Of a stretch of 50,916 bases of DNA, positions 1 through 10,595 are shown piece by piece. Made by a program: the position numbers and the translations under genes. Location: NCBI RefSeq assembly GCF_001194135.2, contig NC_068982.1, positions 131,741,664 through 131,792,579 of the forward strand. The letters are read 5' to 3'. Position 1 is the first letter of the stretch, and the number at the start of each line of letters is the position of its first letter. Under the pieces are notes generated by a model. That model was not told the DNA's origin. It was given only the letters and a program-made list of their open reading frames with translations, and made no database searches. This DNA comes from Octopus bimaculoides (lineage: Eukaryota).

Positions 1-94
1 TGTGTGTGTGTGTGTGTGTGTGTAGACATACTTAGTATGTCTTATGATTAACTTTAATCCCTCGGCTATATATATATATATATATATAAATATA

Positions 95-458
95 TACTCG
101 TTTAGTTGTTTCCGTCATTTGACTGCTGGCATGCTGGACCACTGCCTTTAGTCGAACAAATCGACCCCAAGACTTATTCTTTGTAAGCCTAGTACTTATT
201 CTATCGTTCTCTTTTGCCAATCCGCTAAGTTACAGGAACGTAGACACACCAGCATTGGTTGTCAAGTGATGGTGGGGGGACAAACACATACATACTATGG
301 GTTTCTTTCAGTTTCCGTCTACCAAATCCACTCACAAGGTTTTGGTTGGCCCGAGGATATAGTAGCAGACACTTTCCCAAGGTGCCACGCAGTGGGACTG
401 AACCCAGAACCATGTGGTTGGGAAGCAAATTTCTTACCACACAGTCACTCCTGCGCCT
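95..458 (-). mobile_element. tRNA-derived SINE family A (my label)
   Basis: On the minus strand: head ggcgcaggagtg..tgtgtggta (A-box) and ggttcagtccc (B-box), a CORE-like ccttggg(c/a)aagtg segment, an internal microsatellite position and a conserved 3' half. Many similar copies in the window. Confidence 0.85.
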
Positions 459-774
459 CTCTTGTTGTTTGTATTTGTAATCGTGTAGCATTTTCTCCAT
501 TTTCTCGTTTTTTTGTTTGTTTGTTTGTCTGTGTTGCCGTACACATTCCGCTTGGTTTCTTCCAAAGATTGAATGCTCTTAGCTTAGATTTTTGGGGCCT
601 ACCTATTTTGAACAGTCTCAAGTGTAACAGGCCGAAACTGTAATGAAAATTGGAAACTTGACTGATGAACAGAGGGCCACAGATGATCCGTCTTGGCTTT
701 TTTCTGTCCATCTTTGTATCACCTACCTGTCCGTATGTTTTTATTGTCATCCGTTACGTTTTTATTCCGTTTTG

Positions 775-809
<35 letters not shown>

Positions 810-1304
810 CAAAAAATATATATGCATGTATACACACATATATGTATATACTTTCATCTACATGTGTATANNNNNNNNNNNNNNNNNNNNNNNNNNNNNN
901 NNNNNNNNNNNNNNNNNNNNNNNNNNNNNNNNNNNNNNNNNNNNNNNNNNNNNNNNNNNNNNNNNNNNNNNNNNNNNNNNNNNNNNNNNNNNNNNNNNNN
1001 NNNNNNNNNNNNNNNNNNNNNNNNNNNNNNNNNNNNNNNNNNNNNNNNNNNNNNNNNNNNNNNNNNNNNNNNNNNNNNNNNNNNNNNNNNNNNNNNNNNN
1101 NNNNNNNNNNNNNNNNNNNNNNNNNNNNNNNNNNNNNNNNNNNNNNNNNNNNNNNNNNNNNNNNNNNNNNNNNNNNNNNNNNNNNNNNNNNNNNNNNNNN
1201 NNNNNNNNNNNNNNNNNNNNNNNNNNNNNNNNNNNNNNNNNNNNNNNNNNNNNNNNNNNNNNNNNNNNNNNNNNNNNNNNNNNNTATATATATATATATA
1301 CATA

Positions 1305-1471
1305 TATACGACGGGCTTCTTTCAGTTTCCGTCTACCAAATCCACTCGCAAGGCTTTGGTCGGCCCGAGGCTATAGTAGCAGACACTTGCCCAAAGTGCC
1401 ACGCAGTGGGAATGAACCCGGAACCATGTGGTTGGTAAGCAAGCTACTTACCACACAGCCACTCCTGTGCT
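1305..1471 (-). mobile_element. SINE family A, head half (rest probably in the N-gap)
   Basis: Near-identical to the head halves at 4975-5146, 13600-13760 and 23540-23703. Confidence 0.85.
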
Positions 1472-1569
1472 TATATATATATATAAATTCCTACATACGT
1501 AAGAAACCTACATAGGTAACAAATGATTTATAACTGTGCTTACATTAATTTTTCACTACACACACACAC

Positions 1570-1930
1570 ACGACGGGCTCCTATGCTGTTTCTTATTTCT
1601 TTATTGCCCACAAGGGGCTAAACATAGAGGGGACAAACAAGGATAGACAAACGGATTAAGTCGATCACATCGACCACAGTGCGTAACTGGTACTAAATTT
1701 ATTTACCCCGAAAGGATGAAAGGCAAAGTCGACCTCGGCGGAATTTGAACTCAGAACGTAACGGCAGACGAAATATCATTAAGCATTTCGCCCGGCGTGC
1801 TAACGTTTCTCCCAGCTCGCCGCTCCCATTCTGTTTCTGTCTGCCAAAATCTCTCTCAAGGCATTGGTTGACCCAGGGCTATAATAGAAGACACTTCCCC
1901 AAGGTGCGAAACGAATTTCTTAATCACTAA
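1570..1930 (-). mobile_element. Old SINE-A head interrupted by a SINE-B1 copy (1594-1830)
   Basis: 8-bp direct repeat ctgtttct at 1586-1593 and 1831-1838 flanks the SINE-B1; SINE-A sequence resumes on both sides. Confidence 0.8.
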
Positions 1931-1949
1931 ACTATGGATCTCCCTTTTG

Positions 1950-1983
<34 letters not shown>

Positions 1984-3622
1984 NNNNNNNNNNNNNNNNN
2001 NNNNNNNNNNNNNNNNNNNNNNNNNNNNNNNNNNNNNNNNNNNNNNNNNNNNNNNNNNNNNNNNNNNNNNNNNNNNNNNNNNNNNNNNNNNNNNNNNNNN
2101 NNNNNNNNNNNNNNNNNNNNNNNNNNNNNNNNNNNNNNNNNNNNNNNNNNNNNNNNNNNNNNNNNNNNNNNNNNNNNNNNNNNNNNNNNNNNNNNNNNNN
2201 NNNNNNNNNNNNNNNNNNNNNNNNNNNNNNNNNNNNNNNNNNNNNNNNNNNNNNNNNNNNNNNNNNNNNNNNNNNNNNNNNNNNNNNNNNNNNNNNNNNN
2301 NNNNNNNNNNNNNNNNNNNNNNNNNNNNNNNNNNNNNNNNNNNNNNNNNNNNNNNNNNNNNNNNNNNNNNNNNNNNNNNNNNNNNNNNNNNNNNNNNNNN
2401 NNNNNNNNNNNNNNNNNNNNNNNNNNNNNNNNNNNNNNNNNNNNNNNNNNNNNNNNNNNNNNNNNNNNNNNNNNNNNNNNNNNNNNNNNNNNNNNNNNNN
2501 NNNNNNNNNNNNNNNNNNNNNNNNNNNNNNNNNNNNNNNNNNNNNNNNNNNNNNNNNNNNNNNNNNNNNNNNNNNNNNNNNNNNNNNNNNNNNNNNNNNN
2601 NNNNNNNNNNNNNNNNNNNNNNNNNNNNNNNNNNNNNNNNNNNNNNNNNNNNNNNNNNNNNNNNNNNNNNNNNNNNNNNNNNNNNNNNNNNNNNNNNNNN
2701 NNNNNNNNNNNNNNNNNNNNNNNNNNNNNNNNNNNCATGGATATGTGTAAGTGTATTTAAGTGTGTGTTTGTGTTTTACACACTGGCATTCACGGTTTAT
2801 TCTTTCATTTATCACATTAAAAGTAAAATGACATTGAGACAAAATGACATTGAGACAAAATGACACAGAAATAGAAAAACCATTTCTTAATATATTACTC
2901 TCTTTTCACTTAATAATGCGCTCATTTACTTCGTTCATAAAAAAAAAAAAAGAAATCATGTGAAATGTCATGAATATTCATGTTTCACGTGATCGAGTCG
3001 TCTGCCTTTGTGAGGATTATGCCTTCGTCTGTACAAATATTACTGACCAGAATATGGTGGCAATCGAAATACACAGCTGTTGTGGATGCACCAGCTAGTG
3101 AATATCATTTAAACAGTAACATATTTAAACACTGTATTGCCACTGATCATTATTATTATGTATGTTAAATAATTCCGATCAACTTCCGGACATGTATATT
3201 TTATCTATTTAATTTTAGTTTCGTATCTGTATAGGAACTTTCTATTTTGTGGAATATAATAAATGTTTTAAATATAACTAAAATATCGCTACCTTGTGAA
3301 TACTCTTTTAAAAAGCTTTTGCAGTATGGTTTTGTCTTTTGCTCGATGGGAGTCTTTCCATGGAAATAGATTAAACGACTAACATCATAAGATAACATTT
3401 AATATGAGGGAAATAACTCTGCTAGAATCAGAATCGTCTGCAAATTCTTCGATAAGCAAGGCGTTCTCCCTAAAGAATTAGAACTGTTATAGCAGTTGTT
3501 TGATAAACTTACCGAATATATTCTCATAAAAGCATTTCACTCATTTTTCTTAAAATAAATATGCCTAAACGAATAGAAAAGGAAATGCTTAGGGACACGG
3601 AATTAAGAACAAAGACGATATA

Positions 3623-3849
3623 TTGGTTTGACCGGAAAGTTCGTGCCGATTTTTAAAGGAAAGAAAAGGTCAATAAATACTTGCCATTACAATTTTAATC
3701 AACCAAATATGAACCATTTTGTTGTACAATGCGTCTCCATCTTTCCTTTAACTTGAAAATACCCTCTTCCCAGAATTGAGGTGGTTTCATGGCAAATAAG
3801 TCGAAAGTTAAACTACTATAAATCGGCACGAACTTTCCGGACAACCCAA
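3623..3849 (-). mobile_element. Mariner-derived non-autonomous element (MITE), 227 bp
   Basis: About 30-bp TIRs (ttgg.ttg.ccggaaagttcgtgccgattt), TA on both flanks, and a retained transposase C-terminus FWEEGIFKLKERWRRIVQQNGSYLVD*. Confidence 0.9.
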
Positions 3850-3924
3850 TAGTTCTTACACGACTATGTTTACTACTATTTCTTATCTTCAATGGTGTTA
3901 ATTTTCTAAATTTATTCATTAAAA

Positions 3925-4059
3925 CAAGAGTAGATAGGGGGCGGTTCGCCCCGGGCGACACTTTCGGGTCTGTTCTAGGTAATATGTGTTTTTTGTGGGG
4001 TCCGGGAGCTGCAAACGGAAGGGTCTTCCCGGGCGGCACATACTCTAGCTATGCTAGTG
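3925..4059. mobile_element. Degenerate copy of the 135-bp GC-rich MITE at 10461-10595
   Basis: Shares aatatgtgttttttgtggggtccggg..gcaaacggaaggg and the right end ctctagcta.gctagtg; left TIR decayed. Confidence 0.7.
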
Positions 4060-4074
4060 CATACATACATACAT

Positions 4075-4970
4075 ACATGCTGATCCCAACATTTGAGATA
4101 CTTGATTGGTCTGTAGAGAACATCCACTCCATAGATATCAAAACCCGCAAATCCTAACAACAACTGGGAACTTCCTCAGAAACAATGATATTGACAGGCT
4201 GTGCCTCAGAAGAAATGAAGGAGGTAGAGGCCTGAGATCAGTGCAGACGGCCTTCGAATGCCGTATGGTATCACTCAGGCAGCACCTGCTGAGCAACAGC
4301 AGCAAAAATAAATATATAAATGCAGTGCTCAAAAGTGAAGTGAGCAACATTGTACGAGTTGGCAGTGAGCTCCTCAAGAACCACTCTTTTCCTGATGATC
4401 TCCTATGCAGCCCCAAAACAGCTGGGCTCTCTTACCTCAAAGAAGACCTGGGTGGAAAGTACTCAGTATACAAAAAAGACTATGCATGGGTATGTTGCTC
4501 GGAAGCTTGATGAAAACAGAATTGATACGAAGCACAGCCTCGCTTGGACACAAGACCATTACATCATATTACACTTTGAAGGCTTTGTGTTTGCAATCCA
4601 GGAACAGGAGATTGCCATGAAGTATCTGGTGAACAAGAGTGACCATAACGCTTTTGTAATCCCAAGGTGCAACCGCATGTGTAGGCTATGTCAGGTTTCT
4701 GTGGAAGACATCAGGCATGTGATTAGCAGCTGTGCTAAAATGTCTTCACAGTACTACCTCCCTTTGCTGCACGATGTTGTCGCTAAAACAATTTACAATG
4801 CCATCCACAAGAAAGACTGTCCTGAAATAAACTTATAAAATATCTCTGTTATGGAATACATTCTTAAACACCACTCAAAAAACTCAAAACTTCTCTCAAA
4901 TGTAAACATAACAGGCCAGATATTGTCGTTTGGGACTGAGAAGCAAAGGTATGTACTGTCATAGAGGTCA
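4075..4970 (+). mobile_element. R4/Dong-like non-LTR retrotransposon 3' fragment (RT C-terminus, CCHC knuckle, restriction-like endonuclease), frameshifted
   Basis: DIDRLCLRRNEGGRGL; EGFVFAIQEQ; C-x2-C-x8-H-x4-C (CRLC..HVISSC); LHD in place of RHD; HNRPDIVVWD..VIEV near 4905-4970. Frameshift near 4480 and in-frame stops. Confidence 0.8.
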
Positions 4971-4974
4971 CTCA

Positions 4975-5146
4975 CATATATACGACGGGCTTCTTTCAGT
5001 TTCCGTCTACCAAATCCACTCACAAGGCTTTGGTCGGCCCGAGGCTACAGTAGAAGACACTTGCCCAAGGTGCCACGCAGTGGGAATGAACCCGGAACCA
5101 TGTGGTTGGTAAGAAAGCTACTTACCACACAGCCACTCCTGCGCCT
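4975..5146 (-). mobile_element. SINE family A head half, directly abutting the R4/Dong fragment
   Basis: Matches the other SINE-A copies. Confidence 0.85.
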
Positions 5147-5450
5147 ATATANNNNNNNNNNNNNNNNNNNNNNNNNNNNNNNNNNNNNNNNNNNNNNNNN
5201 NNNNNNNNNNNNNNNNNNNNNNNNNNNNNNNNNNNNNNNNNNNNNNNNNNNNNNNNNNNNNNNNNNNNNNNNNNNNNNNNNNNNNNNNNNNNNNNNNNNN
5301 NNNNNNNNNNNNNNNNNNNNNNNNNNNNNNNNNNNNNNNNNNNNNNNNNNNNNNNNNNNNNNNNNNNNNNAAAATCGGCTTTTATATATATATATATATA
5401 CCTATATACTCGAATACCCAAGGTAGAGTAATATGCTTTATTAATAAAGC

Positions 5451-5498
<48 letters not shown>

Positions 5499-5749
5499 TT
5501 GTGTGTGTCATTGAGTGCTTTCTATAAACCTGAAAATGATTCAAAATATCAACAGGAAATGTAACTCCTCGTCGTGAATGTTAAATTACGCGATATTTTG
5601 AAGGTTATGTTTTTGCTATATGGGATAGAGGTTAGCTATAATATGCTTATCGAATAAAAAAAGCAGTGAAGCACTTAAACCCACAAGCTGCGACCGATAA
5701 TGTTGAATACGCCATATTTATGTGGAAGACATTACACATATAGTCAGTA

Positions 5750-6420
5750 GCTATTCAGATGTGCCATTTAAAGTATGGTCTTCCAATGATACACGATGAA
5801 TATTGCTGATAAAACGATACACCTTGAAATTCTTGGTCTGAAACGTGGACTACGACCTGAAAATCACGATGCGTTACGGTGGCTGTTTGCGGAATAAAGC
5901 TACATTAGAAGGCTTTGGTAACTTTCATTTGAAACTCGTGAGTGTGTAAACTATCCATGACAATGTCTTGATTGCTAAAAACAAAAAGCCTTCCTTCAAC
6001 AGCTCGCCTTTTGTAAACAGTTAACCATAAATCTGTTCATGAACTGATATAATCTCTCTTCAGAAGCTAAGTTTTGACTTCAAATTTCAGAATGTAAAAA
6101 CTACATTCGTGATTCATTCAAGACAACCATACGCCACTTGCAAATGATAAGATGTCTCTGAAGCTGCCATCGAAGCTACTTTTAATTAAAAAGAATTTGA
6201 CTTCCTTCCTTACTCATAAAATCATTATACTTGACCAAAGTACTTACTGCTTTAATTGTTACTACTGAAGTATCCAGAAACATCTGCTCAAGCATATTCG
6301 TCTTTGTCACTGAAAGCACAACGACTATTTCTAATGTTACTAATTTCTGACTTTGTATCAAATTTGGAAACCCATCAAAAGCAATCATGTTGTTGCTGCA
6401 TGTTTTCATGGGTTATTAAT
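5750..6420 (-). mobile_element. Highly decayed hAT (Charlie/SPIN/GTF2IRD2-type) transposase remnant
   Basis: Minus-strand peptide scraps in the expected order but in different frames: VLSVTKTNMLEQMF, FTKGELLKEGFL (like PFTDGELxKExFL) and TVTHR (like TVTRR). Confidence 0.4.
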
Positions 6421-7399
6421 GTAGTTGATAATCGATTCCAAATTCAGATTAGAGAGGCTACTTCTTTAGTATCTAGTATATTTTGTAAACGCTCTCCCAT
6501 TGGTGACTGAAGCAATTCCAAAATATAGTTTTTCCTTCATACGTATATCCCAGGCAAGTAAAGTTTCTTATCATATTTTTGCTGTCATCATACATCACTA
6601 AAGAATTAAGGGATAACTTCAGGAGTTCACGCATAACAAAGTTCATTACACGGTTTCAATTCCTGGTCGAAACTATTTCGCTTCACTTATACAGTCAATG
6701 ATCTAGGTAATGCCAGAGATGTCCATATCTTGTTAGTTCGGTCATTAAACCAAGACGAATGTGAGCCAATCTTTTGTAACTCTGAATTATAATCCCGTCG
6801 GATTTGACTTATTTTCCATCCTTGCGTCGATAAAATAATAGAAAACTATTTTTTAGATCGATTCTATTGATCATATCCAGTCACTGTAGACATTTGCTCT
6901 GTACTTAGTCAAAACAAATCAATATTTTGCAGCACTCGCTTGATCTGTTGCGACCTGTGTGACGTTTAGGATATTTTCATTCAAACAAAACATTTTAATC
7001 TTAACAGAGCTATAGTAGTAACGTAAGCAACAAACTGTTACTTGAAACTACCCACGCGTTTTTAGATAGCAACGGCGCATTCAAAGGACCATTAACATAA
7101 GTCAACAGATTGCTGCTCACTATCTATTGGACAGATAGACATACACACAGATATGCACACACACACATGCCTTCGCATTTATGTATATGCATGTGGCGTG
7201 CTATCAGTCAGTGATGCATATTATTTCCGGGAAAAATTTTGATGTAATGCTTCTTTGTTCTGTTTTTGATGTCGCCTCTATTAATGGGTTCAACATGAGA
7301 ACAGCTCTAAATACATTATTGGGAGCTGATGTATTTCTCGTTAATTCTGTAGTGCTCCTGCCGTTTGATAAAACGATCTTCCAAATCGACACCAGTTCT

Positions 7400-7542
7400 T
7401 GAATGCTACTTTATTTTCTCAACTCCGGAAGAATGAAAAGCAAAGCTGAACGCGGAGGAATTTGAACACCCTAACCCTAACCCTAACCCTAAACACTGCA
7501 GGTATTCTGTCCGACGCTTTAACGACTCTGCCATGTGCCTTT
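7400..7542 (-). mobile_element. Decayed SINE-B fragment interrupted by telomeric repeats
   Basis: gaatgaaaagcaaagctgaac..ggaatttgaac then (CCCTAA)4 then ..ctttaacgactctgcca, collinear with the minus-strand SINE-B at 1716-1822. Confidence 0.7.
7469..7492. repeat. Interstitial telomeric repeat (CCCTAA)4
   Basis: Four perfect hexamers, read directly. Confidence 0.95.
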
Positions 7543-7573
7543 TTCTGTTACATTTAATTTCAGTTTAATATGT

Positions 7574-7943
7574 GGAGGCGCAATGGCCAAGTGGTTAGGA
7601 CAGCGGACTCGCGGTTTCGATTCCCAGACGGGGGCGTTGTGAGTGTTTATTGAGCGAAAACACCTAAAGCTCCACGAGGCTCCGGCAGGGAATGGTGGCG
7701 AACCCTGCTGCATTCTTTCACCACAACTTTCTCTCACTCTTACTTCCTGTTTCTGTTGTGCCTGTAATTCAAAGGGTCAGCCTTGTTACACTCTGTGTCA
7801 CGCTGAATATCCCCGAGAACTACGTTAAGGGTACATGTGTCTGTGGAGTGCTCAGCCGCTTGCACGTTAATTTCACGACCAGGCTGTTCCGGTGATCGGA
7901 TCAACTGGAACCCTCGTCGTCGTAAGCGACGGGGTGCCAACAA
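7574..7943 (+). mobile_element. tRNA-derived SINE family C (about 370 bp)
   Basis: A-box TGGCCAAGTGG (7584-7594), B-box GGTTTCGATTCCC (7613-7625); highly similar second copy at 45612-45978. Confidence 0.88.
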
Positions 7944-7959
7944 TATGTATGAGTCTAGG

Positions 7960-8175
7960 TCGGCAAGCTAGCAGAATCGTTACCGTGCCAGGCAAAATGC
8001 TCAGCAACATGTCGTCTTTCCTTACGTTCTGAGTTCAAATTCCGTCAAGTCGACGTTGCTTTTCATCCTTTCGGGGTCGATAAAATATGTACCAGTTGGA
8101 AACTGGAGTCGATGTAATCGACTTACCCACTCCCCAGAAATTTCTAGCCTTCTGCCAAAATTTGAAACCAATATT
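7960..8175 (+). mobile_element. SINE family B copy
   Basis: ggcaagctagcagaatcgtta..ttctgagttcaaattcc..cttttcatcctttcggggtcgataaa..ttgtgcc-like 3' end. Confidence 0.8.
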
Positions 8176-8553
8176 ATATGAGTTTATGCATGTTAAAATG
8201 TTTTTTGGTAGTTGATGAGAGATGAAGAGTTGGTTTTCCTCTTGATGCACCAGCAACTTGGTAAGTTACCATTCATCAACTATATTTCTAACATTTGGCT
8301 ATGTGCAGGGTCGGTGTTGTGCTCAAAGCAATCAAAGTGATCGCCTAATGCGCTAAAATCGGTGCACTGGGGGTGCCGCGCAAATTCTGACAGGCTTAAA
8401 TAAAATTTGTTAACCCAACTAAAAGCACAAACTTTCAGTAATGATAACAGCAGGAGAGATCAATCTCAGAATAAAGGAGGATGGAAGACAGAGTTGGGTT
8501 GGAGCGGGAAAGGTAAGAGGTTCGTACTGTCACGTGAAATGACGTGAAACACT

Positions 8554-9070
8554 TGTAGGGAAGTGGTTATACACCATTAGGTGTACACCGCTTCCGTACA
8601 TTAAATTTCCAGAAGAAACAACGGAACGCAGATTCTGAACAACATAACAATATTTATTTACAGTGGAATTCAGTTCACGCTTGGAGGGAATTCGGTAGCT
8701 CGTCGCCCTCGGTTACTGAGACGCCTCCTGAATGATTTCCGTGGTTATTTGTGAAGCTCTGGTGCTGACATGTGAGAGGGCTCTGTTGGACGTCTTGGCT
8801 CGACGGAGATCAGTCAACGAATAGTGTGAAAAAAGGCGCCAAAGCTGGGTGTCGAACTCTACGCATGCGCATGAGACTCTTCCTGTATTCCTTCCGGAAC
8901 TAGTCCCTGCGCATGCGTGGATAAAACTCCGGACATTGAACATATAACAGTCGTGTGTGTATGTGTGTGTTTGATATATGCATTACATACGTGTTTGTAT
9001 GCATGTATATGTATATATGTGTATTTACATATATTGGGAAGTGTGAGGTTAGTTGGAACGCGTCGTAACA
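8554..9070 (-). other. CpG-rich island: candidate solo LTR or promoter-like element
   Basis: Bounded by TGTA...TAACA; AATAAA on the minus strand (8653-8658); NRF1-type and ETS-type motifs inside; no TSD found. Confidence 0.45.
8861..8918. promoter_or_regulatory. Motif cluster: two NRF1-type GCGCATGCGC sites flanking an ETS-type CCGGAAG
   Basis: ACGCATGCGCA 8861-8871, CTTCCGG 8891-8897, TGCGCATGCGT 8908-8918; also CACGTG 8531-8536 and TGACGT 8540-8545 nearby. Motif matches only. Confidence 0.5.
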
Positions 9071-10460
9071 TGAGATACCTGTTTTTTCTACTATTTTTTT
9101 TTTAAGCAATATCAAAGAACTTGGAGATAAATGTAATAAGGTGAAAGCCGATACAGAAGCTTTGCAAGCGAACAGAAAGGTTCCTATATGTTCCCTCATC
9201 CTAAAGTATAATTGTTTAGTTTGTTTAGTAAACACTGTTGTCAAGAATGAAGAATTTCGTGTGTCGATTGTTTACTAAAAAGTAATTGGAATGAAGCAGG
9301 AAATAATTTGCCTGCTTGTTGAAACATGTTCCAACTAACCATTCTATTAAAAATACGCTGGTACACGTAGTAGCACTTGAACTTAAAAGAATGTTAAGAG
9401 TTTGGCATTTAAATCTGGGAATCGGCTTCGCTTGAAGATACCCCGGAGTTATGTGGATAATAAAAGTACAGGCAAATACTGGTAGCAAAATTTGGTTTAG
9501 AAAATTGAGAATAAGCATGTGGTGACTTTACAGATTCGGGGTTGGAGAATTATGTTCTTGAGCATTTTGCAGGGAATTAAGAGGTGTAGTTATATTTTTA
9601 TACTGGTAGATGACGAGAACGAAGATGAAGAAGTAGCATACAAAATCCAGAAACATGAGTGTTCCAAGCAAAGATTTTGCGTGCTCCAAATTGACAGTAT
9701 TTAAATAGTGTTGAAATAAATAAACATGAATGTGTGCGACCACCGAATTCATTCTGCCTGCTCAGTACAGCTGTGGGAGAACAAATGGTCGTCAGCAAAA
9801 ACTTGGGTTTCTTGTTTGATCCATCGATCTAAAAGGCGATGACATGTTGTGGACTAATAAAACTTGTCATGAGGTTGCTTTGTCACCAATGTCGCATGAT
9901 TGTTTAGTTACCTGTTTGTTGTATTGATGAACATTATCATGTGGTTTAACTGGCTATGTATAATAAATTAAGCAAACCCACGAACCTTTAACTTTTGACA
10001 TATTTATTGCTACATATAATTTACTGCATTTGGGTATTTGCAAAAAGAAAAAAAAGTTCAATAATAGGAGACAGACTATTGTGACAATCATGTCTAGTTA
10101 AAGTCACCGGATAGAATATATTACTGGAATTGAAAATTGAAATGATACCAACATAATTCTTGAATTGTTCTAGAATTACCAGTGTATTCCTATATGGTGT
10201 ATAAAGCATGCTCCAGCGAGCCTGACTGTGAGGCAAGCTGAACATTTAGACGTGGGTCACAAAAACTTGTATTTTTCTAGAATCTTTTAAAGTCTCTGCA
10301 ATGATGTTATAAATTTATGCATATAAGCGTATTATGAACATAAGCGTTTTGGTGAAATGTGTTCCAGCAAAACCGACCTTTCTTTAATATACATTAAAAG
10401 TCTCCACAGAAGAGATATGATTTAATTCACGAGTGTAATTGAATGTAGATGAGTGAAATG

Positions 10461-10595
10461 CACTAGCGTAGCTGGGGTGGTTCGCTCCGCGCGGTACTTT
10501 TCATCCTGCTGTAGGCAATATGTGTTTTTTGTGGGGTCCGGGGGCGGCAAACGGAAGGGCCGCCCTGGGCAGGATACACTCTAGCTACGCTAGTG
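10461..10595. mobile_element. 135-bp MITE, probably hAT-type
   Basis: Perfect 13-bp TIR CACTAGCGTAGCT/AGCTACGCTAGTG; 8-bp flanks gtgaaatg and gtgaaggg (6/8, degraded TSD); second copy at 3925-4059. Confidence 0.8.

Noticed and set aside
620-690. GAAAC followed by CTGATGA as a type II hammerhead
   Set aside because: No stem II directly after CUGAUGA and no stem I/III pairing.
665-2866. Long ORF-track entries (200-336 aa), also those near 5100, 22200, 35100 and 46700
   Set aside because: They span N-gaps or microsatellites (YIYI, THTH, CVCV, ERER, SLSL).
5540-7000. P-element transposase assignment (VATDQASA)
   Set aside because: Single weak motif; the hAT-like scraps fit better, and neither call is secure.
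7574-7630. SINE heads as genuine tRNA genes
   Set aside because: No complete cloverleaf; they continue into repeat bodies present in multiple copies.
8439-9704. Exon-like segments 8439-8512, 9107-9179 and about 9610-9704 as a protein-coding gene
   Set aside because: The open frames do not join in phase, the second donor (gttcct) is weak, and I recognise no protein family. A pseudogene or lncRNA cannot be excluded.
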